Positions 8,564-17,020 are shown, counted from the first letter of the stretch. The stretch is DNA of 19,274 bases from Candidatus Aegiribacteria sp. (GCA_046498225.1 JAWOBF010000049.1:1-19274); one strand, 5' to 3'. Made by a program: numbers and translations. Notes: generated by a model not told the origin, from the letters alone.

Positions 8564-8593
8564 TTGACAGGTATTGAACTGCATGGGTAGATT
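8564..8593 (+). promoter_or_regulatory. Sigma70-type promoter upstream of the 8663 gene
   Basis: TTGACA (8564-8569), an 18-nt spacer, TAGATT (8588-8593). Confidence 0.6.
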
Positions 8594-8662
8594 CATTGCG
8601 GTGTTCTGCATGATCGAAGACCGAAGTAAAACGGAAAATGCATATTTGTGGAGGAATCATCT

Positions 8663-10069
8663 ATGAGATCAAAGATTCTTGTGAGAATTCTGATAGTGCT
8701 GCTCGCTGCATTTCTGATATTCAGGATTCATCAGAGAGTCGAGACCTACAGGGTCCCCCGGGATCTATGCCGCACGCAGATCGGTGTTCTCGCCGAAGCG
8801 AACATACAGCACATGTTCGAGCATGATGGTGTCCCGGCCCCCGATCTCGACAGCCTTCTGACATATGCCAGAGCCGAAGGCTATTTCTCCACGGCAATGA
8901 GCACCGACAGCATCAACGTCAGTATTCCGGACGGAACGGACAGGAACGTCCTGATCCCCGACGAATGGAGGGATCTGTGGAACGCCACAGCAATCTCCGA
9001 CCTGGAATCAGACCTGACCTCCCTCCAGGAAGAACATGAAAGCATCGAGGACCAGATAAGCAGGACGGAAAGTGAACTGGGCTTCACCCTGGATTCACTC
9101 ATCTCCCTGAGAGAGGTATACATACTGGAGAACCCGGCCGAAGACGAGGAAGATGAGGATGAAATGACCCCGGGAGAGTACTTCGACGATTCCCTGGGCT
9201 TCAGCGCGGAGGAGCTGCTGGAGGCGGAATCCAACCTCGCGGCGTCGTCCGACTCCCTGATCACTCTTCTTCAGGACTTCAACGACGTCATCGCGCCGGC
9301 CAGGAAGGATTCCGTATCTTCCGTCGTTATCGCGGTCTGTCCGACCCTTTGGGAAGGCGGCTATCACGACTCCGTCTATTCCTACGACCCCAAGCTGGCC
9401 CTTGGCACCCAGTTCGCCATTTCCTGTCCGAACATGGACAGGCACGGGGGCGTGGTCGGCGGTTTCTACGAGGAGGACTATCCCGATACCATGTTCATGG
9501 AGCCGGACTGGTCGGAGACGCAGATGGTCTACAGTTTCCCGGAATATGCCGCCATGAGGAGGCTTCAGGTCTCCAGGTCGAACCTAATCCGTGTAGCCGA
9601 GGAGCAGGCCGCCTACCTTTCCCAGAGGTATCCCAGGGTCATCACCCCCCGACGGCCGGAGAACCTGGACGTGGACATTGACAGGCTCAACGACCCGCTG
9701 GGAGGCGAGTACGTCTTCCAGATCCTGCCGGATACCACCTACGTCTTCTACGAAAATCCCCAGGGCAGAACAGCAAGGGCCAGAGGCGATTCGGTAATGG
9801 TGGAGACCGAAATGTTCGTGGCCTATACCACAGCGGACCCCGACACCTCTCGGGTTGCGGTTTTCTTCTCCCGTCCCCTGAACTTCCCCAGCAGGGTCGA
9901 AGGAGCTACAGCCGGAGACAACGACAACGTCTCGGTCATCAAGTACTGGGAACGTTCGGAGCAGGGAACCCTGAAGGTCGACGAGCGTGAAGTGGACCTT
10001 CTCGACGATCCCACATGGGATTTCGTCAGTTCTCATTTCGGATCCGCAGATACTACAGATACAGAATAA
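8663..10069 (+). CDS. Uncharacterised membrane-anchored acidic protein with pilin/pseudopilin-like segments
   Basis: ATG 8663 lies 8 nt after GGAGG; 468 aa. Basic N-terminus plus one hydrophobic helix and a very acidic extracytoplasmic remainder. The ORF is clear; the function is inferred. Confidence 0.8.
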   Translation: MRSKILVRILIVLLAAFLIFRIHQRVETYRVPRDLCRTQIGVLAEANIQHMFEHDGVPAPDLDSLLTYARAEGYFSTAMSTDSINVSIPDGTDRNVLIPDEWRDLWNATAISDLESDLTSLQEEHESIEDQISRTESELGFTLDSLISLREVYILENPAEDEEDEDEMTPGEYFDDSLGFSAEELLEAESNLAASSDSLITLLQDFNDVIAPARKDSVSSVVIAVCPTLWEGGYHDSVYSYDPKLALGTQFAISCPNMDRHGGVVGGFYEEDYPDTMFMEPDWSETQMVYSFPEYAAMRRLQVSRSNLIRVAEEQAAYLSQRYPRVITPRRPENLDVDIDRLNDPLGGEYVFQILPDTTYVFYENPQGRTARARGDSVMVETEMFVAYTTADPDTSRVAVFFSRPLNFPSRVEGATAGDNDNVSVIKYWERSEQGTLKVDEREVDLLDDPTWDFVSSHFGSADTTDTE

Positions 10070-10181
10070 ACAGCAGGCCGCCGTCATCCCTGGAACTCTG
10101 TCATTCCGGCGGGGTAAAGGTAGGGTAGCGGCCCTGCGGAATTAGAAGCAAGCCAATATCCCTGATTCACAGGAGGTGTCC

Positions 10182-10400
10182 ATGCCAGATACTTTTATGG
10201 AGATAGACCTTCTGGGAGAACAGACGGACAACCAGTACCTTCTGGCCCTGGCCATAGCCAGGAGGGTCAGAAAGCTGAGGTCCGGAGCTCCCAGCCTGGT
10301 GGACAACGTGCCTAAACCAGCCGAAAGACCATTTCAGACCGCCATGGAGGAGTTTTCCCAGAAGAAGATCCTCTACGGTCTTCCCGAAGAAGAGCATTAG
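10182..10400 (+). CDS. rpoZ: DNA-directed RNA polymerase subunit omega
   Basis: NQYLLALAIARRVRKLRSGAPSLV....RPFQTAMEEF matches the omega pattern N.Y.L....A.RAR.L..GA..LV....KP...A.EE. AGGAGG lies 5 nt before ATG 10182. Confidence 0.85.
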   Translation: MPDTFMEIDLLGEQTDNQYLLALAIARRVRKLRSGAPSLVDNVPKPAERPFQTAMEEFSQKKILYGLPEEEH

Positions 10401-10434
10401 AACACACAGTATGCAGACGAAAGGAACCCTATCC

Positions 10435-11655
10435 ATGAGAATTACCGCTTTCTTCGCTCTGGCCATCATCCTCTCCCCGCTTGCCTGCGGGACGCAGGAA
10501 CGGTCCGGCGGACAGGCCGATACCTCACGGGTTTACGCAACCGTGGGTGATGTTGACATAACCGAGGATATGATTAACGAGGAACTGGAGCTCATTCCAC
10601 CCTACCAGAGAAGCTCTTTCGAGTCCGCCGAGGGCAGACGTCTTCTTCTGAACCACATCATCGAACGTGAGCTTCTGCTGCAGGAAGCCGAGAAACTCGG
10701 CCTGGATGAGGACTCGTTCGTCGTGGCCCAGGTCGAACTGGCCATGAAGCAGGTGGAAGCGGCCAGGGAACGCGCCCTGATACAGACCTATTACCAGCAG
10801 CAGGTGGTGGACCGCGTAGCGGTACCGGAAGAGGATATCCAGGCCTACTACGAAGAGCATATGAACGATACCTACCACCAGGAACCGCAGGTGAAGCTGT
10901 CCCATGTACTGGTGGCTTCTCCCGGGGACACAGCCGCGGTTGAGGAAGCGCTGGATGCGGGCGAGCCGTTCGAGGAGATAGTCAGCCGAATGAGCCAGCA
11001 CGAACCCACAATGAACGTGGATGGAGATATGGGATGGGTAACTCTGAACTCACCCATGCCGTATCTCGGCCAGCAGCCGGAGATAGTAAGGAGCCTTTTC
11101 GAGGGCGAAACCGGTGAGGTCATGGGTCCCTTCTCCACGTCAATGGGTTACCATTACTTCAAGATAACCGACAGGAAGGAAGAGGGCAGCCGGCCGCTGG
11201 AGGAGGTCAGGGAGTCCATAGAGAACACCCTGAGGCCCACCTTGGTTAACGCCTACTTCGAAGAGACGGTCATTCCCGGTCTTCGCGAGAACTACGGCGT
11301 CACCATAAATGAGGACGCTTTCCAGCCGGATGAGAACATGCCCGCCGATTCACTCTTCCAGTCGGCTCAGAACATGATGGAGACCAACCCGCAGACCGCG
11401 GTGGAATACTACCGGCTTTTCATCAGCCGTTTCCCCGAACACGACAAGGCTCACCAGGCACAGTTCCTGATCGGGTTCACCCTGTCCGAGTACATGAGGG
11501 ACTACCAGGGCGCGGAAAGCGCTTTTCAGAATCTGATCGACAATTACCCGGAATCCGATTTTGTGGATGACGCCCGGTGGATGCTGGATAACATGGGCAC
11601 CCCGCCGGAGAGCCTGTTCATAGACACCGAAGGGGAGATGGAAGAGACCCAGTAG
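10435..11655 (+). CDS. Lipoprotein with SurA-N/parvulin (PpiC-type) domains and C-terminal TPR repeats
   Basis: Lipobox PLAC. ATVGDVDIT...LLLQEAEKLGL (foldase N-domain). SHVLV...GEPFEEI...GDMGWV...GPFSTSMGYHYFKI...RPLEEVR (rotamase). Y..FI.RFP....AQFLIG...FQNLIDNYPESDFVDDA (TPR). ATG 10435 follows AAGGA; ATG 10411 is an alternative. Confidence 0.85.
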   Translation: MRITAFFALAIILSPLACGTQERSGGQADTSRVYATVGDVDITEDMINEELELIPPYQRSSFESAEGRRLLLNHIIERELLLQEAEKLGLDEDSFVVAQVELAMKQVEAARERALIQTYYQQQVVDRVAVPEEDIQAYYEEHMNDTYHQEPQVKLSHVLVASPGDTAAVEEALDAGEPFEEIVSRMSQHEPTMNVDGDMGWVTLNSPMPYLGQQPEIVRSLFEGETGEVMGPFSTSMGYHYFKITDRKEEGSRPLEEVRESIENTLRPTLVNAYFEETVIPGLRENYGVTINEDAFQPDENMPADSLFQSAQNMMETNPQTAVEYYRLFISRFPEHDKAHQAQFLIGFTLSEYMRDYQGAESAFQNLIDNYPESDFVDDARWMLDNMGTPPESLFIDTEGEMEETQ

Positions 11656-11691
11656 AAGGCTTCAGCCCCTTCAGATATGTTGTATCCGCAG

Positions 11692-11719
11692 ACCCGGGGC
11701 TTCGGCCCCGGGTTTTTTT
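11692..11719 (+). terminator. Rho-independent terminator
   Basis: ACCCGGGGC-TTCG-GCCCCGGGT forms a perfect 9-bp stem with a C(UUCG)G loop, followed by TTTTTT. Confidence 0.93.
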
Positions 11720-11788
11720 CCCCCTTTTCCCCGATGCTCCGGTGGCTCATATTCGCTCTGTATTCACACCGCTCCCTGGAGGTAATCT

Positions 11789-13465
11789 TTGAAAAGGCTC
11801 ATTCCGTTCATATCGACAGCTTCCCTTCTGGCAATGCTGCTTTCAGCCGGCTGCGGACCGGTGAAGGACGAGGATTCCCCGGAGGGGCTCACGGCCCTGG
11901 CGGAGCATGCCATGGACCAGGGCCAGGTTTCGGAGGCCCTCATGTACTACTCGATGGCAGTGGACAAATTCCCCGATAACCCACGATTCGCTTCATGGCA
12001 GCTGGGAATGGGAGAGTCGCTCCTGGCGCTGGGCAGGCTGGACGAGGCTTTCGAGGCGTCGCGGAAAGCTTTCGATAACGCCCCGGACGCTCATACCAGG
12101 GCATCGGCCCGCCTTCTGTCCGCGGAGGTCGGGTATCAGCGCGGTTCATATACCAACGCCCTGGAGAACCTGGTGAGGATGGACCGGGAGAACCTGGACG
12201 GTGACGAATCCCAACGGGCGGTCCAGCTCATTCGATCCCTCCTGACACGGATGGACATGGATTACCTCACCTCCGAGCCGGTCACCGGCTGGAGCCGGGT
12301 GTTCTTCCTGCTTGAAATGGAGGAACGCTACGCCGCGGAGGGCAACATCGAGAAAGCGGTCATGGTGGGCATGGAGATCGACAGGCTGTACCCCGATGCC
12401 CACCAGAGGTACGGAAGACCCGACATCGAGGTTGTTGAAGGCGGTTTCGTAGCCCTGGTGCTTCCCCTGTCGGGAGATGGAGCGTCCTACGCCGAAAAGG
12501 TAAGCTCAGGGGTGGAGCTGGCCTTCGAGAGGTCCGGGAACATGTTCATGAACTCACCCGGTTTCATAGCCTTCGACTGTTCAGGAGACAGCGCCGGCAT
12601 TGAGGAGATAATGCAGTCTCTGGGAGCCAATCCGCTTTGTCTTGGAGTGATAGGTCCCCTGACCAGCAGGAACGCAGAGCTTGCGGCCCCCCTGGCGCAG
12701 GAATGGTCGGTGCCCATGGTCACTCCCACCGCCACCTCATCGGACCTTGATTCCTACGGCAGTTTCGTGCACAGGCTGGTGGTCTCCAGGGGAGACGAGG
12801 CGGCGGCGGTGGCTGAATATGCCGTGCGCAGAGCAGGCTGCACCACCTTCGCCATCATTCACGAGTACACCTCCCAGTCGGTGTCCAGCGCGGAGCAGTT
12901 CCGGTCTGTTGTGCGTGAACTTGGCGGGGAGGTGGTTGGCATGGAGGGTTACGAACCGGGAGCAACCGACTACCGGGACCAGATAAACGCCATCAAGTAC
13001 AGGTACCCGGACGGGGTCTTCCTTCCGGTAGCAGCATGGGATGCAATACAGCTGGCCCCTCAGCTCCGGTTCTACAGGGTGAGCGCCCAGCTGTTCGGAA
13101 CCTCCGGTTGGGACGATGACATACTCCTCGAACAGGGGGGCGAATACGTGGAGGGTTCGGTCTTCCCCGTATCCTTCGGTTCCGGTTCCATGAACCCGGC
13201 CACCGCGAGCTTCTCCTACCTGTACGAGAGGAAGTATGACGCGCAGCCCAGCATGCTGGCCGCCCAGGGTTACGACACCGCCAGAATAATACTGGATGCC
13301 TGGCAGGGCTCCTCTCCCTCCCGTTCATCGCTCGAGAACCATCTTCAGAATACCACGGTCTACTTCGGGGCCACGGGGATGTCCACCCTAGGCAACGCCT
13401 CCATTCCCAGGTCTGCTTATCCGCTGGTAAGGGTAACCGACGGAGAGATAGTCAGCATTGACTGA
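11789..13465 (+). CDS. Lipoprotein with N-terminal TPRs and C-terminal type-1 periplasmic-binding fold (LppC/LpoA-like or LivJ-like)
   Basis: TTG after GGAGG; lipobox SAGC; TPR-like helices; then ALVLPLSG..A..A...GVELA, VIGPLTS, PMVTPTAT, GGEVV..E.Y.PG.TDY, LFGTSGW, AAQGYD and YFGATG. Confidence 0.85.
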   Translation: MKRLIPFISTASLLAMLLSAGCGPVKDEDSPEGLTALAEHAMDQGQVSEALMYYSMAVDKFPDNPRFASWQLGMGESLLALGRLDEAFEASRKAFDNAPDAHTRASARLLSAEVGYQRGSYTNALENLVRMDRENLDGDESQRAVQLIRSLLTRMDMDYLTSEPVTGWSRVFFLLEMEERYAAEGNIEKAVMVGMEIDRLYPDAHQRYGRPDIEVVEGGFVALVLPLSGDGASYAEKVSSGVELAFERSGNMFMNSPGFIAFDCSGDSAGIEEIMQSLGANPLCLGVIGPLTSRNAELAAPLAQEWSVPMVTPTATSSDLDSYGSFVHRLVVSRGDEAAAVAEYAVRRAGCTTFAIIHEYTSQSVSSAEQFRSVVRELGGEVVGMEGYEPGATDYRDQINAIKYRYPDGVFLPVAAWDAIQLAPQLRFYRVSAQLFGTSGWDDDILLEQGGEYVEGSVFPVSFGSGSMNPATASFSYLYERKYDAQPSMLAAQGYDTARIILDAWQGSSPSRSSLENHLQNTTVYFGATGMSTLGNASIPRSAYPLVRVTDGEIVSID

Positions 13466-14354
13466 GAAGGATTTGACCCGTCTTCACTGGGGAATAGATA
13501 TCGGCGGCACCACGATTATTCTGGGTTACCGGAGGGATGGACAGTTCTTCCGGACCGCCGTGCTGAACACGGAGCGGGAACAGGACCCCCACCGAATCAT
13601 GGGAAGAGTGACCTCCGCGATACTCGCGATCGATCCAGTCCCGTCCACCGCCGGAGTGGGCATCGCCGGACTGGTGAAAGTGGATGATGGAATACTGGTT
13701 TCATCTCCGAATCTTCCAGGATGGAGCGAATTCCCCGTGGGTGCCATCCTGTCCGAAGCGCTGAACTGCCCGGTGGCCGTGGATAACGACAGCAACGCCT
13801 TCGCCGTAGGGGCCGTGGGAACCTCCAGCATACCCCGGCGTGGCCTGTGGCTGATGGTAACGCTGGGCACCGGGATCGGGGGAACGATCATCAGCGGGGG
13901 GAACATCCTGTACGGCACCGGCTTCGCCGGAGAGTTCGGGCACATGTCGGTTGCGGCCTTCGGTGAGAGCTGCCCCTGCGGGTCGAAGGGATGCTGGGAA
14001 CAATACGCCGCGGCCGGCGCCCTCGTCAGGTACTACTCCCGGTCCAGCGGGGGAAGATCGCTGGAGCCCAGGGAGATATCCGAACTCGCATCCAAGGGTG
14101 ACCGGGACGCGCTGAGCGCCTTCGAGGAATTCGGAACCTGGCTGGGCGTGGGTATGGTCAATCTCTACAACTGCTTCAGTCCCCATGGGGTGTTCCTGGC
14201 CGGCGGACTGACGGGAGCCTCCAGCCATTTCCTGCCCCGGGCTGAATCTGAGTTCGGGGAAAGATGCGGGCACAGATGGACCGTGGAAATCCTCCCATCC
14301 AGCTCAGACGCCGGCGCCGAAGGGGCCGCAATATTGGGAGACGAAAGGTCCTGA
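13458..14354 (+). CDS. ROK-family sugar kinase (glucokinase-like, no HTH)
   Basis: GIDIGGT, DNDSNAFA, TLGTGIGG, AGEFGH, Zn motif CPCGSKGCWEQY, LAGG, AGAEGAA. Confidence 0.93.
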   Translation: MTEKDLTRLHWGIDIGGTTIILGYRRDGQFFRTAVLNTEREQDPHRIMGRVTSAILAIDPVPSTAGVGIAGLVKVDDGILVSSPNLPGWSEFPVGAILSEALNCPVAVDNDSNAFAVGAVGTSSIPRRGLWLMVTLGTGIGGTIISGGNILYGTGFAGEFGHMSVAAFGESCPCGSKGCWEQYAAAGALVRYYSRSSGGRSLEPREISELASKGDRDALSAFEEFGTWLGVGMVNLYNCFSPHGVFLAGGLTGASSHFLPRAESEFGERCGHRWTVEILPSSSDAGAEGAAILGDERS

Positions 14355-16546
14355 TGCAGGCTTTTCTTCTTCTCCTAGCCGGATTCCTGGCCCAGCCCGC
14401 CGGCCCGGACAGCACCCTGGCGGACTCCACCGCAGCGGCGGGAACACTCGAGAGTATCGCCTACTCGTCCGATTCACTCCACTTCCATCCCGGAACCGGA
14501 GACCTCCTCCTTATGGGAACCGTAACCCTGGACTATCGGGACATGACCCTGGAATCGGACACCGTCGAGTACTCCTCCGACGACCAGGTAATAATCGCGA
14601 GGGGCTCCTCGGAACTCTTCGACAGGGGGGAGTCCATAATCGGCAGCGGAATGATATACAACATATCCACGAGAAAGGGCCGAATAATGGAGGCCGCCTC
14701 GGAGTACGATTTCGGCTATTACAGCGGCGCGACAATTACTCGGGTCGGAAGGAACGAGTTCAATATCGTGGACGCAAGGTTCACTACCTGCGAGGACGAC
14801 ACCGCGCATTACCACTTCTACTGTCCGGTGATGAAGGTATTCCCTGAGGACAAGGCCATCGCCCGGCCCGTCTATCTGTACGTGGAGGACACTCCTGTCT
14901 TCTACTTCCCCTACTGGGTGTTCCCTATCAGGCGGGGCAGGCAGCCGGGGTTCACAATGCCCAAGCTGGGCCAGACCGGAAGGGACGGCAGGTTCCTGCG
15001 GGACCTGGGCTACTACTTCGTATTTTCCGACTACTCCGACCTCTGGCTGCACGGCGACATCATGGAGAAGACCAGGTTCGTCCTGGCGGCCGATGAAAGG
15101 CACAGGGTACGATACATCTGCAACGGCAGCCTCAGGACGGAATGGCGCAGGGAGTTCCAGACACAGCGGGACAGGTGGATGGTGTTCGGGCGGCACCTGC
15201 ACGACTTTCCCGACGGCACTTCCGTCAGGCTCAGGGGGGAATTCCTCAGTGACAGGTCCTACCTCGAGGAAACCCAGCAGGACCCGGAGGACCGGATGAC
15301 CGGTGAGGTGCAGTCCTGGGTCAGCGTCAACAGATACTTCGGAAGGCTGAGCTTTCAGGCTGTCATGGACAGGACCAGCTTCCTCAACACAGACCCCGAT
15401 ACCATACCCGGAGAGGTGGAGTCGATACAGGAAGCCCCGGACATTCGTCTTTCGCTTCCATCCGCTCCGCTGTTCAGACCTCCGTCGGACCCTTCGGGGG
15501 TCCGTCCGTGGCATTCCATATACTGGAGCGCCAACGCTCATTACCTGTCCCGGGACAAGAGGATGGAGGAATCAAGGGCCACCAACTCGGCTTTCAGGGT
15601 CTCATCCAGCCTGACCGGCTCCAGCAGGCTCTGGGGATGGCTATCCCTGTCTCCTTCCGTAAGCGGGACCGGAACGGTGTACGACAGGGACAGAGCGGGC
15701 CTGCAGTACCCCTGGTGGCTTCACGGGTCGGCCAGCCTCACGGCCTCCACCGACCTGTACGGCGTATTCAGCACTGACATGCTTGGCCTGGACGCACTGA
15801 GACATACCATAACTCCCGGCGTATCGATGCAGTGGGCGCCGGACAGGTTCATAAACGCCGAGGGCATAGCCAACTCCGATTCCGCCTTCACCGAATACTA
15901 CTTCTTCTCGGATTTCAGCCTTCCATCCTCCCGACGCACCCTTGCCTTCAGCCTTATGAACTCACTGGAAGGGAAGCGCTCCATCAGAGATCAGGTCACC
16001 AGGTTCGACATAGCGTCGCTCAACCTCTCCACCTCTCTGGACCTGGAAGCTGACGAGAGACCCTTCTCGCCTCTGGCCGCCACGCTTGAACTGTCGCCTT
16101 CCTCGGAGATGAACATAACCGGGAACGGCAGCTGGGACCTCTACGAGAACGAGTTCACCAGCCTGTCCCTCACCTCCAGCATTCGCCTGTCCGGTTACGA
16201 CAGGACCCTGCTGCCGGATTCCGGAGTTACGGACCTTGGGCTTCCCATCCGCACGACCCTTTCGCATTTCTACCGCCTTGGCCTGCAGGACAACCCCAGC
16301 ATCAGCAAGCTGAGGCTGACCACATCGCTTGACCTGACACCCGGCTGGTCGCTGCAGTACAGCGCGTATTACGATTTGCTCGGGGAAAGCTTCATCAGCC
16401 AGAGCTACACCCTGAGACGGGACCTCCACTGCTGGGAGGCCGTTTTCGTTCGGCACATATCGGACGTTGACAGCGGGTTTTACTTCAAGATCAACATAGT
16501 GGACGTTCCGGATATCAAAATCGAGCAGCATGTAAGTAATTTCTGA
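14354..16546 (+). CDS. lptD: LPS-assembly outer-membrane protein LptD (OstA N-domain plus beta-barrel)
   Basis: ATG 14354 overlaps the ROK stop (TGATG); signal peptide; OstA-like YSSDSL...L.G.V.L.Y.DM.LESD.V; FTTC...HYHF; PVFYFPY..FP....R.PGF..P..G; C-terminal RDLHCWE..F...F.F.INI. Confidence 0.9.
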   Translation: MQAFLLLLAGFLAQPAGPDSTLADSTAAAGTLESIAYSSDSLHFHPGTGDLLLMGTVTLDYRDMTLESDTVEYSSDDQVIIARGSSELFDRGESIIGSGMIYNISTRKGRIMEAASEYDFGYYSGATITRVGRNEFNIVDARFTTCEDDTAHYHFYCPVMKVFPEDKAIARPVYLYVEDTPVFYFPYWVFPIRRGRQPGFTMPKLGQTGRDGRFLRDLGYYFVFSDYSDLWLHGDIMEKTRFVLAADERHRVRYICNGSLRTEWRREFQTQRDRWMVFGRHLHDFPDGTSVRLRGEFLSDRSYLEETQQDPEDRMTGEVQSWVSVNRYFGRLSFQAVMDRTSFLNTDPDTIPGEVESIQEAPDIRLSLPSAPLFRPPSDPSGVRPWHSIYWSANAHYLSRDKRMEESRATNSAFRVSSSLTGSSRLWGWLSLSPSVSGTGTVYDRDRAGLQYPWWLHGSASLTASTDLYGVFSTDMLGLDALRHTITPGVSMQWAPDRFINAEGIANSDSAFTEYYFFSDFSLPSSRRTLAFSLMNSLEGKRSIRDQVTRFDIASLNLSTSLDLEADERPFSPLAATLELSPSSEMNITGNGSWDLYENEFTSLSLTSSIRLSGYDRTLLPDSGVTDLGLPIRTTLSHFYRLGLQDNPSISKLRLTTSLDLTPGWSLQYSAYYDLLGESFISQSYTLRRDLHCWEAVFVRHISDVDSGFYFKINIVDVPDIKIEQHVSNF

Positions 16547-16672
16547 TTTATATTGAATAGTATATATAATTACGGTTTTAATATGCATTATAAAACGAAA
16601 AATCAATTCCAGATGTTCAACAATCTCCGCTATAGCTTCAAATTCTTCGCTTGTATAAAACGAAATCAGGGG

Positions 16673-16701
16673 TTGACATTGAATTTTCCTCCTTATAGTG
16701 T
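16673..16701 (+). promoter_or_regulatory. Sigma70-type promoter of the HU gene
   Basis: TTGACA (16673-16678) with TAGTGT at 17-nt spacing (16696-16701) or TATAGT at 15-nt spacing (16694-16699). AT-rich sequence upstream. Confidence 0.7.
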
Positions 16702-16732
16702 TCGGTAACAGTACTTGAGAGGGGGTGAACAA

Positions 16733-17005
16733 GTGACTAAAAAGGATCTCATTACCCAGGTTGCCGACAACGCCGAGATTACCAAGAAGGAGGCAGGCGT
16801 CGCTGTAGATGCCGTCCTTGAAGGTATCAAGGAATCTCTCAGCAAGGGTGACAAGGTCAGCCTTGTTGGTTTCGGTACTTTCTCCGTGAAGCATCGCAAG
16901 AGCAGGACCGGCGTCAATCCCATGAGCGGGGAGAAAATGACCTACCCGGCGAAGAAAGTTCCTCATTTCAAACCTGGTAAGGGCCTCAAGGAATCTGTCC
17001 TTTAG
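16733..17005 (+). CDS. hup: DNA-binding protein HU
   Basis: GTG 16733 after GGGGGTG; MTKKDLI...ITKKEA..AVDA......L.KGDKVSLVGFGTF....RKSRTGVNP...PAKKVPHFKPGK.LK; 90 aa. Confidence 0.96.
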   Translation: MTKKDLITQVADNAEITKKEAGVAVDAVLEGIKESLSKGDKVSLVGFGTFSVKHRKSRTGVNPMSGEKMTYPAKKVPHFKPGKGLKESVL

Positions 17006-17020
17006 GAAAAAGCCAATGAA

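Noticed and set aside
9080..9220. GFTL and GFSA..EL as prepilin cleavage motifs
   Set aside because: They are internal and followed by acidic rather than hydrophobic sequence, so not class III signal peptides.
14264..14353. Arg-rich N-terminal extension of LptD (possible Tat-like signal)
   Set aside because: It is an alternate-frame read of the ROK 3' end; the signal peptide begins at the coupled ATG 14354.
14474..15541. 355-aa minus-strand ORF
   Set aside because: Antisense shadow of lptD.
16547..16730. Possible replication origin (AT-rich unwinding element)
   Set aside because: No DnaA boxes seen and no dnaA/dnaN/gidA context; better explained as the hup promoter region.
15962..16966. 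334-aa minus-strand ORF crossing the AT-rich spacer without a stop
   Set aside because: Mostly antisense to hup and lptD with no coherent domain; most likely chance.
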